Shown: positions 25,075 through 38,384 of the stretch, one piece after another
Layout: every line of letters begins with the position of its first letter
How positions within the stretch are numbered: the stretch's first letter is position 1
NCBI GenBank assembly: GCA_038496445.1
Contig: JALMLS010000029.1
Coordinates: 1-51,625 of the forward strand
Origin: Trichosphaerium sp. ATCC 40318
Taxonomy: Eukaryota; Protista; Tubulinea
Length of the DNA: 51,625 bases
Direction: 5' to 3'
Notes under the pieces: model-generated
Told to the model about the DNA's origin: nothing
Database searches by the model: none
What the model saw: the letters and a program-made list of their open reading frames with translations, nothing else
Position numbers and translations under genes: made by a program

Positions 25075-25400
25075 TAACAAAAGTTAAGATCAGTGCAAAG
25101 ATAAAAGCATACGATGAAAGAGTGTGCTCAATTCTCGCCAATACACATTCTGGTGATACTAATGTAAATTACCATTGATACAGTTGCTGTTGCTTCGTAT
25201 TACTTCTCTTCTTGTCTCGCCAAACCCTGTTGTGGAGCTGCACTGATTTCTGGAATTTCTGGACCACTATGATAGTTGCATGTGCCAGTAACATGTTCAT
25301 TCCAACGGCCACACCAACAGTGGGTAGTCTACCACCTGAAATAGTGTTGTCTAGTCCTTTGACAATAAATGGTGACTTTGTAAACTCAGAGATAGCAGTT
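25075..25400. pseudogene. Two family-gene fragments joined in opposite orientations
   Basis: 25075-25222 (minus) matches the RREVIRSNSNCING...ARIEHTLSS exon; 25305-25397 (plus) encodes ATPTVGSLPPEIVLSSPLTINGDFVNSEIA. Confidence 0.75.
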
Positions 25401-25515
25401 TAAAGAGCTCTTGTATCGCGCTTTTTGGGTGAAGAACCAAAAAAAAGTTTTAAACGTCCAGTAACTTGAGTAGCTCAGGAAGTGATAAGGTGTTTTATTG
25501 ACGAGCAAAATTGAA

Positions 25516-27804
25516 TTATTCTTCTGTGGAAGTAACCTCTGTTGGTTTGATTCTTCGCAATGAGTGTGGTACAATTGCATGTCTCAACTTTTGCAAAAAG
25601 AAAATCACAAGGAGACCAATTATCATCTACCATCGTATTAGAGCTGCAAACATGTGTAGCAAAAGACAAAAAATAGTGACGTACTAAAGCAAGAACACCA
25701 AATATAATACCTAACACCAATCCAACATTCACTGATTCTGTTCTGTTGCCACAAGAGTCAGGTTTCGAAGCAATTACAAATATCCTAAAATCAAGGATAG
25801 TTAGATCACATTACACTCAAAAGAGAGACATACGATGAAAAAGTCCGATCAAGCCTTGCTGTTAAACATTTCTTTGGAGGAACAAGTGTAACATTACCGG
25901 TTATTGTGCCATTGTTACTTCTCAACACTTCTATGCGCTTGTCACCTATTGTTGCGTGATTATAAAGAGTGTAATCAATGATGAATGTTGTATTTGGTGG
26001 TATCACAATCGATCCTACACTTAATAAGATACAATGAAGCATAACTACTCTACAGTGGTACCTTCAACCTGAAGAAAGCCTCCTGGTATAATTGTAGTAG
26101 TTCCTAAGTGAATGAAATCTCCATCTATTGTAATAGGAGTAGACAACACTGTTCTATTTGCCAGAGTTCCGCCTGTAGGTGCAACTGTAGGTACAGTAGT
26201 AGGTTCCATTGACGGAATGTTTGTAGGAGCAACAGTTGGCTCAACTGTTGGTATTTCTACAGCTACACATTACCAAAAAAATAAAAAGATTGCTAATATC
26301 GGTAATTTCTGTGCTGTAAAGGTCTTACCACAGTGCTGTTCGTTGTAGCATGTAACTACTCAATATGGTTAGATACTATTTAAAGTAAATAATGTTACCA
26401 GTTGTGTTGCACTCCTCAAAGAATGTACTAACATGGCAGTCTCCACATTTGAAATTGTTTTGCCTGTCAGTACAGGAGAATACACTATTTGCGATTTCTA
26501 GCTGGGGATTAAATCTACTGGATGGTATTGAGCTTGTTGGTACCCTTACTACCATGATGGTTGTGAACTAATATTGTGTTTCTAGGAGGTAAATTATGCA
26601 CAAATGATCTCTGGATTCGTTCACCTAATGGTAATATTGGCATCAGGCCCACTTATCGGAGGAGCACTTATAATTGCTGAAGAATTTTCTCTAAACAACT
26701 ATCATAAACAATGGCAATAACCAACGACAAGAGATACGTACATACAAGTGTTATTCTCAAACATACAAGAGTCTATAAGCAACTGTTTACCAAAAACGTG
26801 AACCAACTCTGTTGCAGAGATTATTATCATTACAGCAAGTAAGATGGTACCCTTGCATCTGCCATCAAATGGTACACTCACTTCGTTTCTCCAAAAAAAA
26901 CAGCGTGATATTTCAGCTTCATCTGCGGATACATTCACAAGTGCAATATTAAACAAGTCATTACCCTCAAACAAACAAGTGTTGATTACAACCTAATAAG
27001 AAAAATGAGATGTAAAACAAAATGCACAATTACTCTTTCAACGAGCGCAATTTCAACCATTTTATCTATATGTGATGTTACTAAAACAGCGGTAATAGTT
27101 GTTCCTTGATGGTACAGTTTGAAGCTGTGTCGTTGTGACTTATCCGTGAAAAAATGCAGCGTTGCACATGTGCTGTTTGTGCCTCAAAAACAGACATCAC
27201 AAACCGCAATGTGGGCGCCAATTCAAGAATAATATCTCTGAAAAAAGCACCAAAAACAACAACGTCCTCACTAGTGTACAGGTTTAGAGCAATCCACTTC
27301 AAAAAAATCATACCAGCTAGAAAAGTCTAAGCCTACACCACGTCCTGTAAATGTCATGCCTCTAAGTGAATGTTAACATTGCATTTTAAGTTCTTGTTGA
27401 CTCCAAGTACACAACGAGAGCATTTCTAAAGCCAATTACTTGCAAAAAGCAGTCGCAAATTGTAAATGAAACTAATGAGATACTGATATTACTAGAAGCT
27501 GCTACAAGAGCTTGCATGCTATCACATGAGATTTTTATGTTTCTACCAGAAATTCTAACACTTTTTGAAATGAACAGTGGTCCATTACCAAAATCCAAGT
27601 TTGTCGAGTTGAGAATAAGCTCTGTAGGTTCTTGTTGCAGATAACAACTGAGATTATTGCCACAAACGTGTTCAGTTGAAGTTACGACTAAATCGTAAAA
27701 ATTACTGGTACTATCATTGAAGAGCTTATACTACTCGTACTTGTGTTACCGCTCGTCGTAGCCAACACGAAAATCAACACAGCGTAGAAATAAAACAAAA
27801 TCAT
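25516..27804 (-). CDS. Surface-protein family copy 6
   Basis: Starts MILFYFYAVLIFVLATTSGNT; contains DSCMFENNTC and IVIPPNTTFIIDYTLYN; ends LRRIKPTEVTSTEE* with stop at 25516-25518. Confidence 0.82.
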
Positions 27805-28809
27805 TTCTAAAATCGATAAGGTACAACTCCACGTAAGTAAAACGTGATTCTCGAATATTTTGTTTGAACGCACGTGATTGTTTGAAGAAAACAGTTTTTA
27901 AAGAAAATGACAGACAAAAAAAAAGCCTAAAGCACATGTGATCTGTTCTCATTTATGATGATCTTGCAAGTATTGCTATTTTTCGTTTGACATTTTTTCG
28001 GTATTGTTCTTGATTTTGCCAAAAGTAAACGATATTGACAGAAGCTTAGCAGTGTGTTACACATCATGCGTGAATGTTAGATCCAAATACCTTCGTGAAT
28101 CTTTTTAACACCGAAGTGAAGTTTTGTAGTATATTGAACAAAATCAACATGGTTTGCTAGAGCCGGCTCAACTACAGGCCTACGGACTGCAAGAAAGACC
28201 ATTGTGAAGAAATAAACAGTCTAGTATTTGTATAACTTACTAGCGCTACGCTAGCGCCTACTCTACGCTAACAGAAGCGCTATGGTAGCATCCAAGCAGG
28301 TGTAACAACGTCAAAACCGCCCCAAAACACCACCAGCGTTGCTGTAGGCTTTGTAAACGCCGCTAGGCGTCAAATATGTAAATAAAAAAGTTTGCTTGGG
28401 TTTGTTAAATCACGTGGGTTTGAAACGGTTGGATTCACTGGACAGGCGTGTGGGTAGATCACATTTAAAAAATGGCTTTTGCAAGATCTGTCAGAAGTGT
28501 CAAATCCGTCAGATCTGACAGATCAGGCAGAAACTGGATTTTTTTCAATATAAGTACATTCCATGTATTGCATCATTGCTTGAATTTTGGCTACGTGCCT
28601 AAGAAGTTGAAGTTAACCAGCTTCCAAAACCTCAACCGTTTACTGGTTTGAACCTGAAAGTAATTCCTATAACTCGTTTTGACTATAAAAATTGTCTTCT
28701 CACTAAATCAAGCACGTCTGTGATGTACATTCGATGGGTACTCGTTCAAGAAGTGATAGTAAACGATCATACATTGTTAATCATAGCACAAGAGAAGAAT
28801 TTGATAACA

Positions 28810-29090
28810 TTAAGGGGGGACGTCCTCGAATGGATTACTTTTATTGACCATTGGCAGCGTATCTCGTAACATGTGCCACCTGAACATGATCAAATTCTGA
28901 ATTCATGTGAATTATACTAAATCACGTGAATAGTATGTATAGGCCCTCGAACCAATTACTTTTGTTGACCATTGGCAGCGAGTGTAATTACACTTACTTT
29001 ATACTAAATCATGTGAATAGCGTGTGTTGTAAATAAGAAATGAACAATAGGCCCTTGAACCAATTACTTTCGTTGACCATTGGCAGCGAG
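28810..29090. repeat. Three imperfect tandem units of about 110-120 bp following a TTAAGGGGGGACG terminus-like sequence
   Basis: ATTACTTT(T/C)(A/G)TTGACCATTGGCAGCG at about 28834, 28955 and 29063, each preceded by a CC(T/C)TCGAA-like motif. Confidence 0.75.
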
Positions 29091-29261
29091 TTTAGTAACA
29101 TTTTTATTGTGATTAATTCTTACTGAGTATTACCTTACCTAGCCTAGTAAATTGTGATCTGGTATCACAGTTTGCGTCTATTGAGGGATCTTTGGTTCTC
29201 CAATAATTCATATGAACTAATAGTTTTAAGTGTTGGGCATTAGGCCCTCGAAGTAGATTAA

Positions 29262-29798
29262 GGGACGCTGAGAATGGAATGACCTTAGCCCCACGGGCAT
29301 CTTCGGGCTTTAAACCCATCTAAAATCGCGTAAAACGCTGAAAAAATAGGATAGCGAACTGTGTAGATTGATTACTTGAGTTCAAAGCCCGAAATGTCAT
29401 TTTTTTTCTCAACTTTTTGACCTTAATTACACGGATTTGAAACAACTTTTAAAGTTATTCGTCCGCTATTGCACCACTTGGAGACGCATTTTAGGTGGTG
29501 TAGAGCAAATTCGTTATTTTTTTTTGCTTTCAAATTGAGACTTTTTATTGAAAGTGTACCCATAGCATGTACTACGTGTGTAGATGCTATGGGTAACGTA
29601 GTTTTGAACAAATGTGCTTTTAAACAGAAAGATTGAAAAAATGCAGGTCGTTTTTTGAAAAAACAACTTTTGCAACAAAAAAACGTCACAAAAAGGCACA
29701 CGCTAAAAGTTGGGTTTTTCAAAAGCCCTCATGTCAAAGATATAGGCACGAAAATTTGAGCCGATTTGAACAATTTCTGCACATCTCAGCGTGCCCCC
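29262..29798. mobile_element. TTAA-flanked MITE with GG...CC termini (Kolobok-like), 537 bp
   Basis: TTAA|GGGACGCTGAGA ... TCTCAGCGTGCCCCC|TTAA, with TTAA at 29258-29261 and 29799-29802; no convincing coding capacity. Confidence 0.7.
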
Positions 29799-30035
29799 TT
29801 AAGCGCCAATGTCATTAAAAGGTACAACGATAGCATTGAGTCTTTACAACCCTTTCTAGAATACAAAGGATCAGTATAAGGAAGTATAGCTACGCCAAAA
29901 GGCGGTCAAGACCTCTTCCATATCAGTATAAATAATAGACTGCAAAAGTTGATTTTCAGTGATTTGTTGGAAGTAGACCGCCGTTGACAAATATCTGTGT
30001 TGTAAAAAAGCACGTGTTACTATCTCAGTGTCTAA

Positions 30036-30926
30036 ATGAAACATTCCAATAAGCTAAGCTTGACTCATGTAAATAGCTATAAAGCACTTGAATACTTACC
30101 ACCAGAGACGTTAACACATATTCTACTATTTTTAAACAGAAAAGAACGTATTATGGCGTGTACAGTTTCTTGTACTTTTAATGACATCATTCGCTGTAAT
30201 ATTGGCTTCCATCGCATCACACTTGACGAATCGTCAGAGTGTAGCATTCTAAAGGGCAGCCCGCTACTAAAAAACACCACAATAAGCTGTTATTCATTGA
30301 CACTCTCACCAAGTGAGTTGTGTTACCTTTCTGGTGTTAAATCAATAGTCCTACAATCAGCAAATATTACAGATATCGGTATATGTGCTTTAGTACAGCA
30401 AGGAGATCAACCTATTCACACCATTAATTTGTCAGATACAGGTATAACAGATGCTTCATTAATTGCACTGAGAGGTGTACACACAATCAATCTTTATGGT
30501 TGTAGGAATATTACTGATGAAGGACTGCAAGCACTCAGTGGTGTACACAGTATCAATCTTGTCAATTGCCCTAAGATTACTGATGAAGGAATAAAGGCTC
30601 TTAAACATGTACATGATATTTACCTCAACAACGTAAAAGACTCGTGGCTCAAACATCTTGGGAATGTACACACGCTTTATATTAGTGGATCAATAACAGA
30701 TGAAGGACTAAAATCATTGATCAATGTAAACAACTTACGATTGTTTGAGTGTCCAAAGATAACAGACTCAGGTTTTAAGCATTTAACCAATCTAGAACAC
30801 TTGGACCTTCATTATTGCTGTTTACTCACAGAAGGTTGTGTGAAACCTTTGACTTCCCTCAAAACACTCAAAACTTCAAGTGCACAAAAGAGGATATGGG
30901 ATTTGCAGTCCATAAAAAACCTATAA
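30036..30926 (+). CDS. F-box / leucine-rich-repeat protein, intronless
   Basis: F-box LEYLPPETLTHILLFL followed by Cys-containing LRRs (GVHTINLYGCRNITDEGLQAL). Confidence 0.92.
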   Translation: MKHSNKLSLTHVNSYKALEYLPPETLTHILLFLNRKERIMACTVSCTFNDIIRCNIGFHRITLDESSECSILKGSPLLKNTTISCYSLTLSPSELCYLSGVKSIVLQSANITDIGICALVQQGDQPIHTINLSDTGITDASLIALRGVHTINLYGCRNITDEGLQALSGVHSINLVNCPKITDEGIKALKHVHDIYLNNVKDSWLKHLGNVHTLYISGSITDEGLKSLINVNNLRLFECPKITDSGFKHLTNLEHLDLHYCCLLTEGCVKPLTSLKTLKTSSAQKRIWDLQSIKNL

Positions 30927-31089
30927 TATCATATCCGCGTACACTGAATAGCATGGAGCAATATCTTGTATGTGTATCACTTGCCTGGCATATTTGAGTT
31001 TTTTTTTACTACTGTCTGTTGGTTAAAAAGTACTAAAAGGCAATATGTGATCACTGTTTAAAATAATTGAGTACAATTCTTGAATCTTG

Positions 31090-31165
31090 TAATGTGGCAC
31101 AATCTCATGTCTCAACTTTGGAACAAAGAAAATTACAAGGAGACCAATAGTCATATACCATCAAG
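31090..31165 (-). pseudogene. Isolated last-exon remnant of the surface-protein family
   Basis: The minus strand reads IGLLVIFFVPKLRHEIVPH, matching the TM/tail exon; no upstream exons. Confidence 0.65.
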
Positions 31166-31468
31166 TCAGTAAGTTAATCGTTTTGTTCTTCCGCTAATGG
31201 AGAAACCCAATGAAAACATGTTACTGTCTGGTTCTTTGAGTTGATAGACAATTAGTTGAGAACTATATTATTATGCAAATAAAAAGGTGAACACGGCTGT
31301 TTTGCTTCTTATTTTATCGACAGTCATACACCAACAAGCATATGGCTAATTCTCTTTTTTTTTATTCACTTTTTACACTTTGTTGGTTTTTTTTTTTTCT
31401 CATATTATTATTCGTTTTGTTAGGTTGTTTAAAAATTTCTTGTACGAAGGCGCTCATAAAATACGCTT

Positions 31469-34400
31469 TTATACACTCCAATTTTTCTTGTCCCTAGAAC
31501 GCCGCGATGAAGAGGGTGCTCTAGGAGCAAAACGAATCAATCCACCAACAACAACAAACAACAGAAGGAACAATCCCAAAATTACAATTTTCTTTTTATG
31601 TAGCTCTTTCTTACTATGAAAAAAGTCAATAAACAAATAAACAAGCTTAAGTCATATTTCAATAAAACATTCTAAACAAGACGAGAAGAACAAAATGATA
31701 ACAATACCAAGAAGGAGTAAAAAAGAGGAAAATAATAAGAAAAAAAAGTGAAAAAAAAAGCAAAGTTTCTTTGAACTCTAAAGAAAACGTACGCTGCAAC
31801 ATAGTTGTCGTAATGCAAGTATCTATTATACTTACTCTCAGGAAGCTCAAAAGGAGATCTTTTTGGAAAATGAGACTTATAAAATTGTTGTAGTGTCTTA
31901 ACAACATCAATACTGTGTGGATCGGTATGATTAATGTTATCGTTCAAACAAACAAATCTCTTTCTGTCATATCGAAGTTGATTCAAGGCGTTTGTGACAT
32001 CAGTATCATTTGTACCTGGTACAAAAATCAGTATCAAAACAAAGCATGAAGGAACGAAGCAAAGAAACAAAAAGAAAAGTCCAAAAAAAAAAAGCGGAAA
32101 ACTGCGCAGTGCCCATGAAATACAAGTTAATTCTACACATCACTCGGTACGTACCAACCATGACAAAACTTACAGCATCACCAGAATCATGTACTTCAAA
32201 CCTTTAAAGAAGAATAAGGCTTTTTTTGACCATAGCAATGCAAAAAATTGTTGGTTCCTTTCTTTGACTTACTTGTTTTTTAGACGCTTCTTGAAATGTC
32301 CATCAAGAACTCTATCCATTGCAGAGCAGTTGTTATTCATCAAATACTTCTCTGACAGCTCACCTATAATACCCCATTAACAACAGAAGTATAAAAAAAA
32401 ACAAAACAAAAGATGAGATGCAGTGCTTCTTTCTCACTGGCAAAGGCACCAAAAGGTTTTAAAAAAAATAGCGGCTATAATATGTAATGTTTGTATAACG
32501 AGAAAGAGGTTGACATTTGAACACCAAAGCGGAAAAAAAAGACGAAATTAAGAAAAAAAAAAGACGTACCAGATTCTGAACAGTTTCTTAGCTTTTCAAC
32601 AAAGGCTTCTTTTTGTTCTCTTGTAAACTTTCCCTGATATGAGAGGGACATAATAGTAATAATCTCATTATCATCTAATATACCAGTACCATCAATATCC
32701 AAATCATCACGCCATATATCGGTGAGGTTATAATCACGACGTTGATGCATCATAAAATACATATAAGAAAAAGCATATTGCATATCATGAGGCGATCTAA
32801 AATAATGTGATGACGTTGCATTCCACTCCTCTGGCCATCTATATATCCCAAGTAAGTCATAAGAGATATAAAATCTAGGAAGTAGGAGTATAGACGTACC
32901 TGGCTTGAAGATCATTCATGATTGAAACATCGATAAAATGCGGCATATGCGCTGGTACTTTTCTTGGTTCACCGCCAAATTCTAGGTAATTTATTAGTGA
33001 TTGAAGATGTAATATAGAGTGTACCTTTGTTATACAGGTTGTTTACGAATTTTAACGATTCACCATAGTTGTCCAATAGCAATCTACGTCCAACAGGTTT
33101 TGGTTTTGCAAGCTGACGCTTAAGTTTTGATATCTCCCATGGAAATAGATCATGACGTCTATAATCCACTCCAGTAGTCTAAAAGAGTTAATCGTATTAA
33201 TCAATGAATATGATTGAGATAAAACATAAAACGACTTTGACAGAGTGACCAAAAAAAGAAAAAAAAATTGAAATAAGAAAAAAATAAGAAAAAATCCGTT
33301 AATGAATTCATCACGTGTTGCGTACTCCTGCACGCTTTAAGCGTTTTATATCTTCAGGTTCTCCCTTGGCATTATACCTACGCTTGCGAATCTTTCTTCT
33401 TGAGCCCACTGAGAGCAAATTTCTTGCAAGAGCAAGATTTGCAGATTGGTCAATAAGGTCGTCACCGTCAGTGTTTACAGGATGATCAGTGGCTATTTCA
33501 GTGTCCGCTTCACTGTGTTGCTGAAATATCTCTATCAAGAAATCAATTATAAAACGAGAAGATATTCAAAGAAAAAAAATAGAATACGATTTCGTCTGTA
33601 CGTTACCTTCACCTACTGTTGAATTGGAGTCAGTGGCACTATCTTCAGCAACATCTGAGGATTCATCCGAGGATTCTTCAGAGTCAGTTGTATTTACAAG
33701 GGCAAGAGTAGACAGCGTGATATTCCACACCTGTAGCAAACAATATTTAACATCATGTCCAAAAATGGATACGAGGGTGACGTACAGTGAGCTCTTTTTC
33801 TCCATCATCTAACTCATGTTCTATGTAAATCATTACATTTTGTTTCGTAATATTACGGTGAAATGTCAAAGTCATGAGCTTATTCTTTTGAGATATTGTA
33901 GCTGTTCTAACAATATCTGAATTATCATGAGATCCATCAGTGATTTTATGAGTTCCAACAATATTTTGAAGACCAAAGTAAGCAGCAGCAGTTCGATCTG
34001 GTAGTTCAAAATATGTACTCTGTAAAAAAAAACATTAAAAAAAATCGAAAGCAGTGTTCAAAACAATACTAACCTCTGCTGTTAGATTATACCCAAATAC
34101 GTTTGAAAATACTTCAACAGGTCCACTAAATGTTTATTTAGCTATTGAAGAATTTTTAAACTCAATACATACCAATCACCTGCATCCATACCACATTCTG
34201 GATTCCTACAAGACCTATCACAGTACTTATCACCTAGTTTGAATTAAGTACGTTTCACTCAGTAAAGCAGTTATAATAGAGTGACAATACCTATCCAAGT
34301 ATCTGGACACCCTCTAGAACAATAAGGAGTATCATCGTTGTGTGCATTATTACGTACTATGAGAGTGTAAGCAAGTTTATGTGCACGAAAGTTTTCTTTA

Positions 34401-35965
34401 TTACGTACTTCCACCATATGAGTTGGTATTGCTATTTCCATGTGTGCGTGAAGTAGCATTTACGCAATCGCCACCATCCCAATCACATGATGAAACGTTA
34501 CAAGCTTGGTCGCAATAACCATCTGTTATCCAATTTGCAGGACATCCCTAAGAAAAAGAGTGAGTTTGAGATAGAGGTACTACAACACGGGTTGAATTAA
34601 CTCTCAATTCTCCAATTACCTCATTACAATTTGGAACAGCCCAAGCCAAGAAAACCTACAAGAAATGAATTAGAACTGAGAGCATTCATTCACAAAAGGA
34701 GGAAAGAAAGGGTGTCACCAAAAAATGTTAGGACAAAAATCCATGGGTTCAACATTTAGTCTTTACAGAGTAGGTTTTGCCGTTAAAGAGGCGTTGTTTT
34801 GAGTTCTACATTATGTCAGTAATTACCTTTTGACCGTTTCCTCTCGTATAAAAGTCATCAGGGTATATATGATCACCAAACATTACATCATCATTTAGAT
34901 AGATAAACTTATTACTTAAACCAGGTATACGGTGTAAATGAGTCTCAATAGAAGGTGATGAGAATGTGGGCAAGTGTGACTATACAAACACAAGAACATT
35001 AGCAACAACAAAAGAAGGCGACAAAGTCAAAAAAAAGCAGAAAAAAAAATTTTGTTTTTTACTTCGTACCTTGTTCTGAAAGATCATCTCGTGTGTCACG
35101 AGTGATAACCTTGGATGGTTTATATTCAACCAATGGGGTATCTGACCGTTCGTTACAACGTATATATGTCTTACCCAAGGAGAAAACTTCATCAAAGAGC
35201 GAAGAGAATAACGAAGTTCTTGATTGTCTATTTTAAATCTCAATTAGTACAAAAGTGGTCTGTTTAGGCTTTTGAAAATCAAAAAACGTATTTTACAGCT
35301 AGAAATGTACTAAAAACGTACCTTGGAATCTACTGGCCGTCGCTACGTCTCTTTTACGACATCTATGCTCTTCTGGCGTTTCTGTGTCGTTACAATATTT
35401 ATCTACATGCTAATAAGCGTATTGCAAGTGGTAACTGCGTTTGGCGATCATTAAACCGTTTTTCTGAAAACAAAAAATCTTGTAACGTGTCAATAGTGTC
35501 AATTGTAGATTAACAGCGTATACGACGCCAAAAGGAGAAATGCCACGTCGTTTCTTACGAAATGTCCAAAAGCTTGCCAAAAATTCTAATTGGCCGTATT
35601 TGTCTAAAACGCACCTGTTATGTTCAAAGAGAGGTACCACTTTTCTTTGGCGACCTTCAATGCTACAAACTGTCAGATTCGGACAATTTTGTATTTGTAC
35701 CTTCTATTTGTCGCGGATCAGAGCCATTTACCCAAGTGTAAACGACGTCAATAGGTTCCGTACATAAAACGTCTTCAGACGAAATTCCTCCAATGTTATC
35801 AGTCCAATCACGCTGGCTACGCATAGGTAGCGCTGTCTTGAAACCAGCTATGTCATTGTACGGGTTTGGATTGACAATATTCGACAAAAAGAGTAGCGCA
35901 GAGTTCAAGGTTATAGCCACGAGTAAGAAGCCAATGTATGAAGGCCAACGTGATAGATAACTCAT
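31469..35965 (-). CDS. GNPTAB: N-acetylglucosamine-1-phosphotransferase alpha/beta-like protein (Stealth family), multi-exon
   Basis: N-terminal TM; Stealth CR1 [12 protein letters not shown]; CR2 ELRYSLRS...[24 protein letters not shown]; two LNR repeats; CR3 [12 protein letters not shown]; EF-hand [12 protein letters not shown]; CR4 FVCLNDN...SPFELP; C-terminal TM and tail ending KKNWSV*. Confidence 0.92.
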
Positions 35966-38384
35966 TGGGAAGAAAAGTTCAACAATATTTCGTTACTTCC
36001 CGTTTTTACCGAACGCGTCAGTGGTTTAACGGCGGTTAGGCCAACAATAATAAGGCTAGAGTATGTAAAATACAGACTAGAAAAACTTTGAAAATCAGCT
36101 TTTCCCGTTTTTTGAAATAAATCAACAAAACTCTGCCCTGATCACATCCACATGTCCCAGCGCTTTGGAAAAGTCCTAGCAGGCTCCTCACGGACCAGTA
36201 GGATGGTAAGGAAACAGCGTGCCACGATGCAAGCAAAGAGCGGAAATAATGCTACAAACGTCTTAAAGACCACTGGTTCAGCGAATACATCTTTACCTGG
36301 CTTTTTCAAGCAATCTAAATCGCAAGGAGCGACCTTTGGAGCAAACTTCCAATCTTTTAGAGCTGGTATTGGAGCCATGCAAATGGCCACAAGGTGCGTG
36401 GCATTGAGCTCACTTCAAATACTCACCTTTCCCATCTTTAGACCAATAGTTTCATCGATTTTACTCCGCACATTGACAGTTAGTATGCTGGTTGGTTTCT
36501 GGCTCGCTGCACTTGGTATCTCATAACAGGCATTAAAGAAATTTAAAGCGGCGCTCTTTTTATGTTTGAATCTACGCGAAGCACGCTAAATCGCAACCGA
36601 AAGGCTTTTTGTTTCATTTCTGTCAAAAACCACTTCTTTTACCCTAAAACTGGCCTTTTAACGCCCAGTTGTCGTAGTGTTCGCAGCAGGTTACTTTAAC
36701 GCTCACGTAGCACCAGAACGCACTGTTTTTAAAAATTTTGGCTTTTTTTTAATCCTAAACGCTTTGCAAGTCCATTTTCTCACTTTCACAGCGCTTGTGT
36801 TGGTCTGCAGCGTCCACAACGAACAAATACTGGCGAAATCTTTTCAACACACTCAAAAAACGTTCTAATTCTTCTGACCTCATTCAACTCCATTTCTTCC
36901 ACTCTACAAAACTATGCCGCCGGTTTTTTTTCTTTCGTTCTCCGTTGTGCGTTACGCTTTGACCAATCGAACGTTTAGAGGTGCACTGACGGGCTCTACA
37001 AAAAGAGTATACCTATACTACTACCTGGACTGTCCAAAGCCGTCCAGTAAAAAAACTTCTGAAAAAAACAAAAAAAAATCAAAAAAAATCAAAAAACATT
37101 AAAAAAAATCACTCAAAAATACCTCTCAAAAAATAAAAGTTAACCTGCTGCGTGGTACACATATCGTACAACTATAATTTTAAATTTTTTATCCAAACAA
37201 ACTTCCTTTGTAACATCACGTAGTCGATGACAATTGATAGATCAAATTCGCTGACACATCGAAGACGAGGGGCTCTCTTTATTCTTATTTGATTGAACAA
37301 TACTGATTCTTTTGGATGATGGATATTTGACAAATAAGAAACACATTGGCGAATCAAAACAAAAAAAAACAGAAAAAAAAAAAAAAAAAAAACCAAAAAA
37401 AAGCAAACTGTGCCACGCACTCAGATGGAAATCAAAATTTATTGGAATATTGTGTACCTACAATGGAAAAAAAAAGGTTTGGTTCTCTCTATATCTCTTT
37501 TTTTTTATTATCCGTCTTTGATGGAAGATAAGAGAAATAAGGCACTGTTGTGTTTATTTTGAATTTGAAAAAATAATTTTGTTTTATTTTTTTTGGCCAC
37601 AGTGGAGTGTGGGAGAACCCCTTTTTCTTCTTTATTGTTTTGTATATTTTTTAAGTATTTAATAAAGACGACACATGTATTGATAAGCATAAGCTGCGTA
37701 TATTTGAATCATTTTCTTACAAAACTGAACATGTTTCTCAGCTAGCTGGCACCAGTACTATGTCAGTTTCAAAACTTCACTTCGTGTGCGAAGTCACGTG
37801 CAAGAGTAAGGCCTGAGACCTAAAATAAACCATTTAGTTTGTCATAAAATTACAGCGTTATAATAACATTGGTATTGTCGAGCAAATGTGGATAGTCTAC
37901 ATTTTGAAACTAGGCCATTGTTCGCGCATACCTAGCACGTGTTAGAGATCACACTTTTGACAAAATCATGTACTCACCTTTCAGCCTTTGCAGTCTATTG
38001 GTTATCTAGAGCTAGAAGAGATGAAGCATTGTTTTCTTAACTACTGCAAAACTTCATTTCGCTTTTAAAAGGATTTACGAAGGTATTTGAGTCTAATATT
38101 CATACCACGTAACGCACTACGCTAATATTGCTCGTTGTAATGTTTGCTATCGATATTGTCTTGCAAAAAAACCCGACAAGTTATGGCACATAGTTATTAT
38201 GTTGTACTCGTGTTGTAAACGCTTAACAGTGTTTTAGTGTACAAGGGAGTGTAGACCCACTCTTTGATTCTCATTTTAAACTATTGACCGCTTATTCATT
38301 TATTTTATAGCTTTTTCCTCCAACAATCACGTGCGTTCAATTAAGACCAGTAATTTGAATGCCTGTAACTGTTTGCTTTAGGAA

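Noticed and set aside
37350-37403. Retroposon poly(A) tail
   Set aside because: No TSD or element body identified; A-tracts are common in local non-coding DNA.
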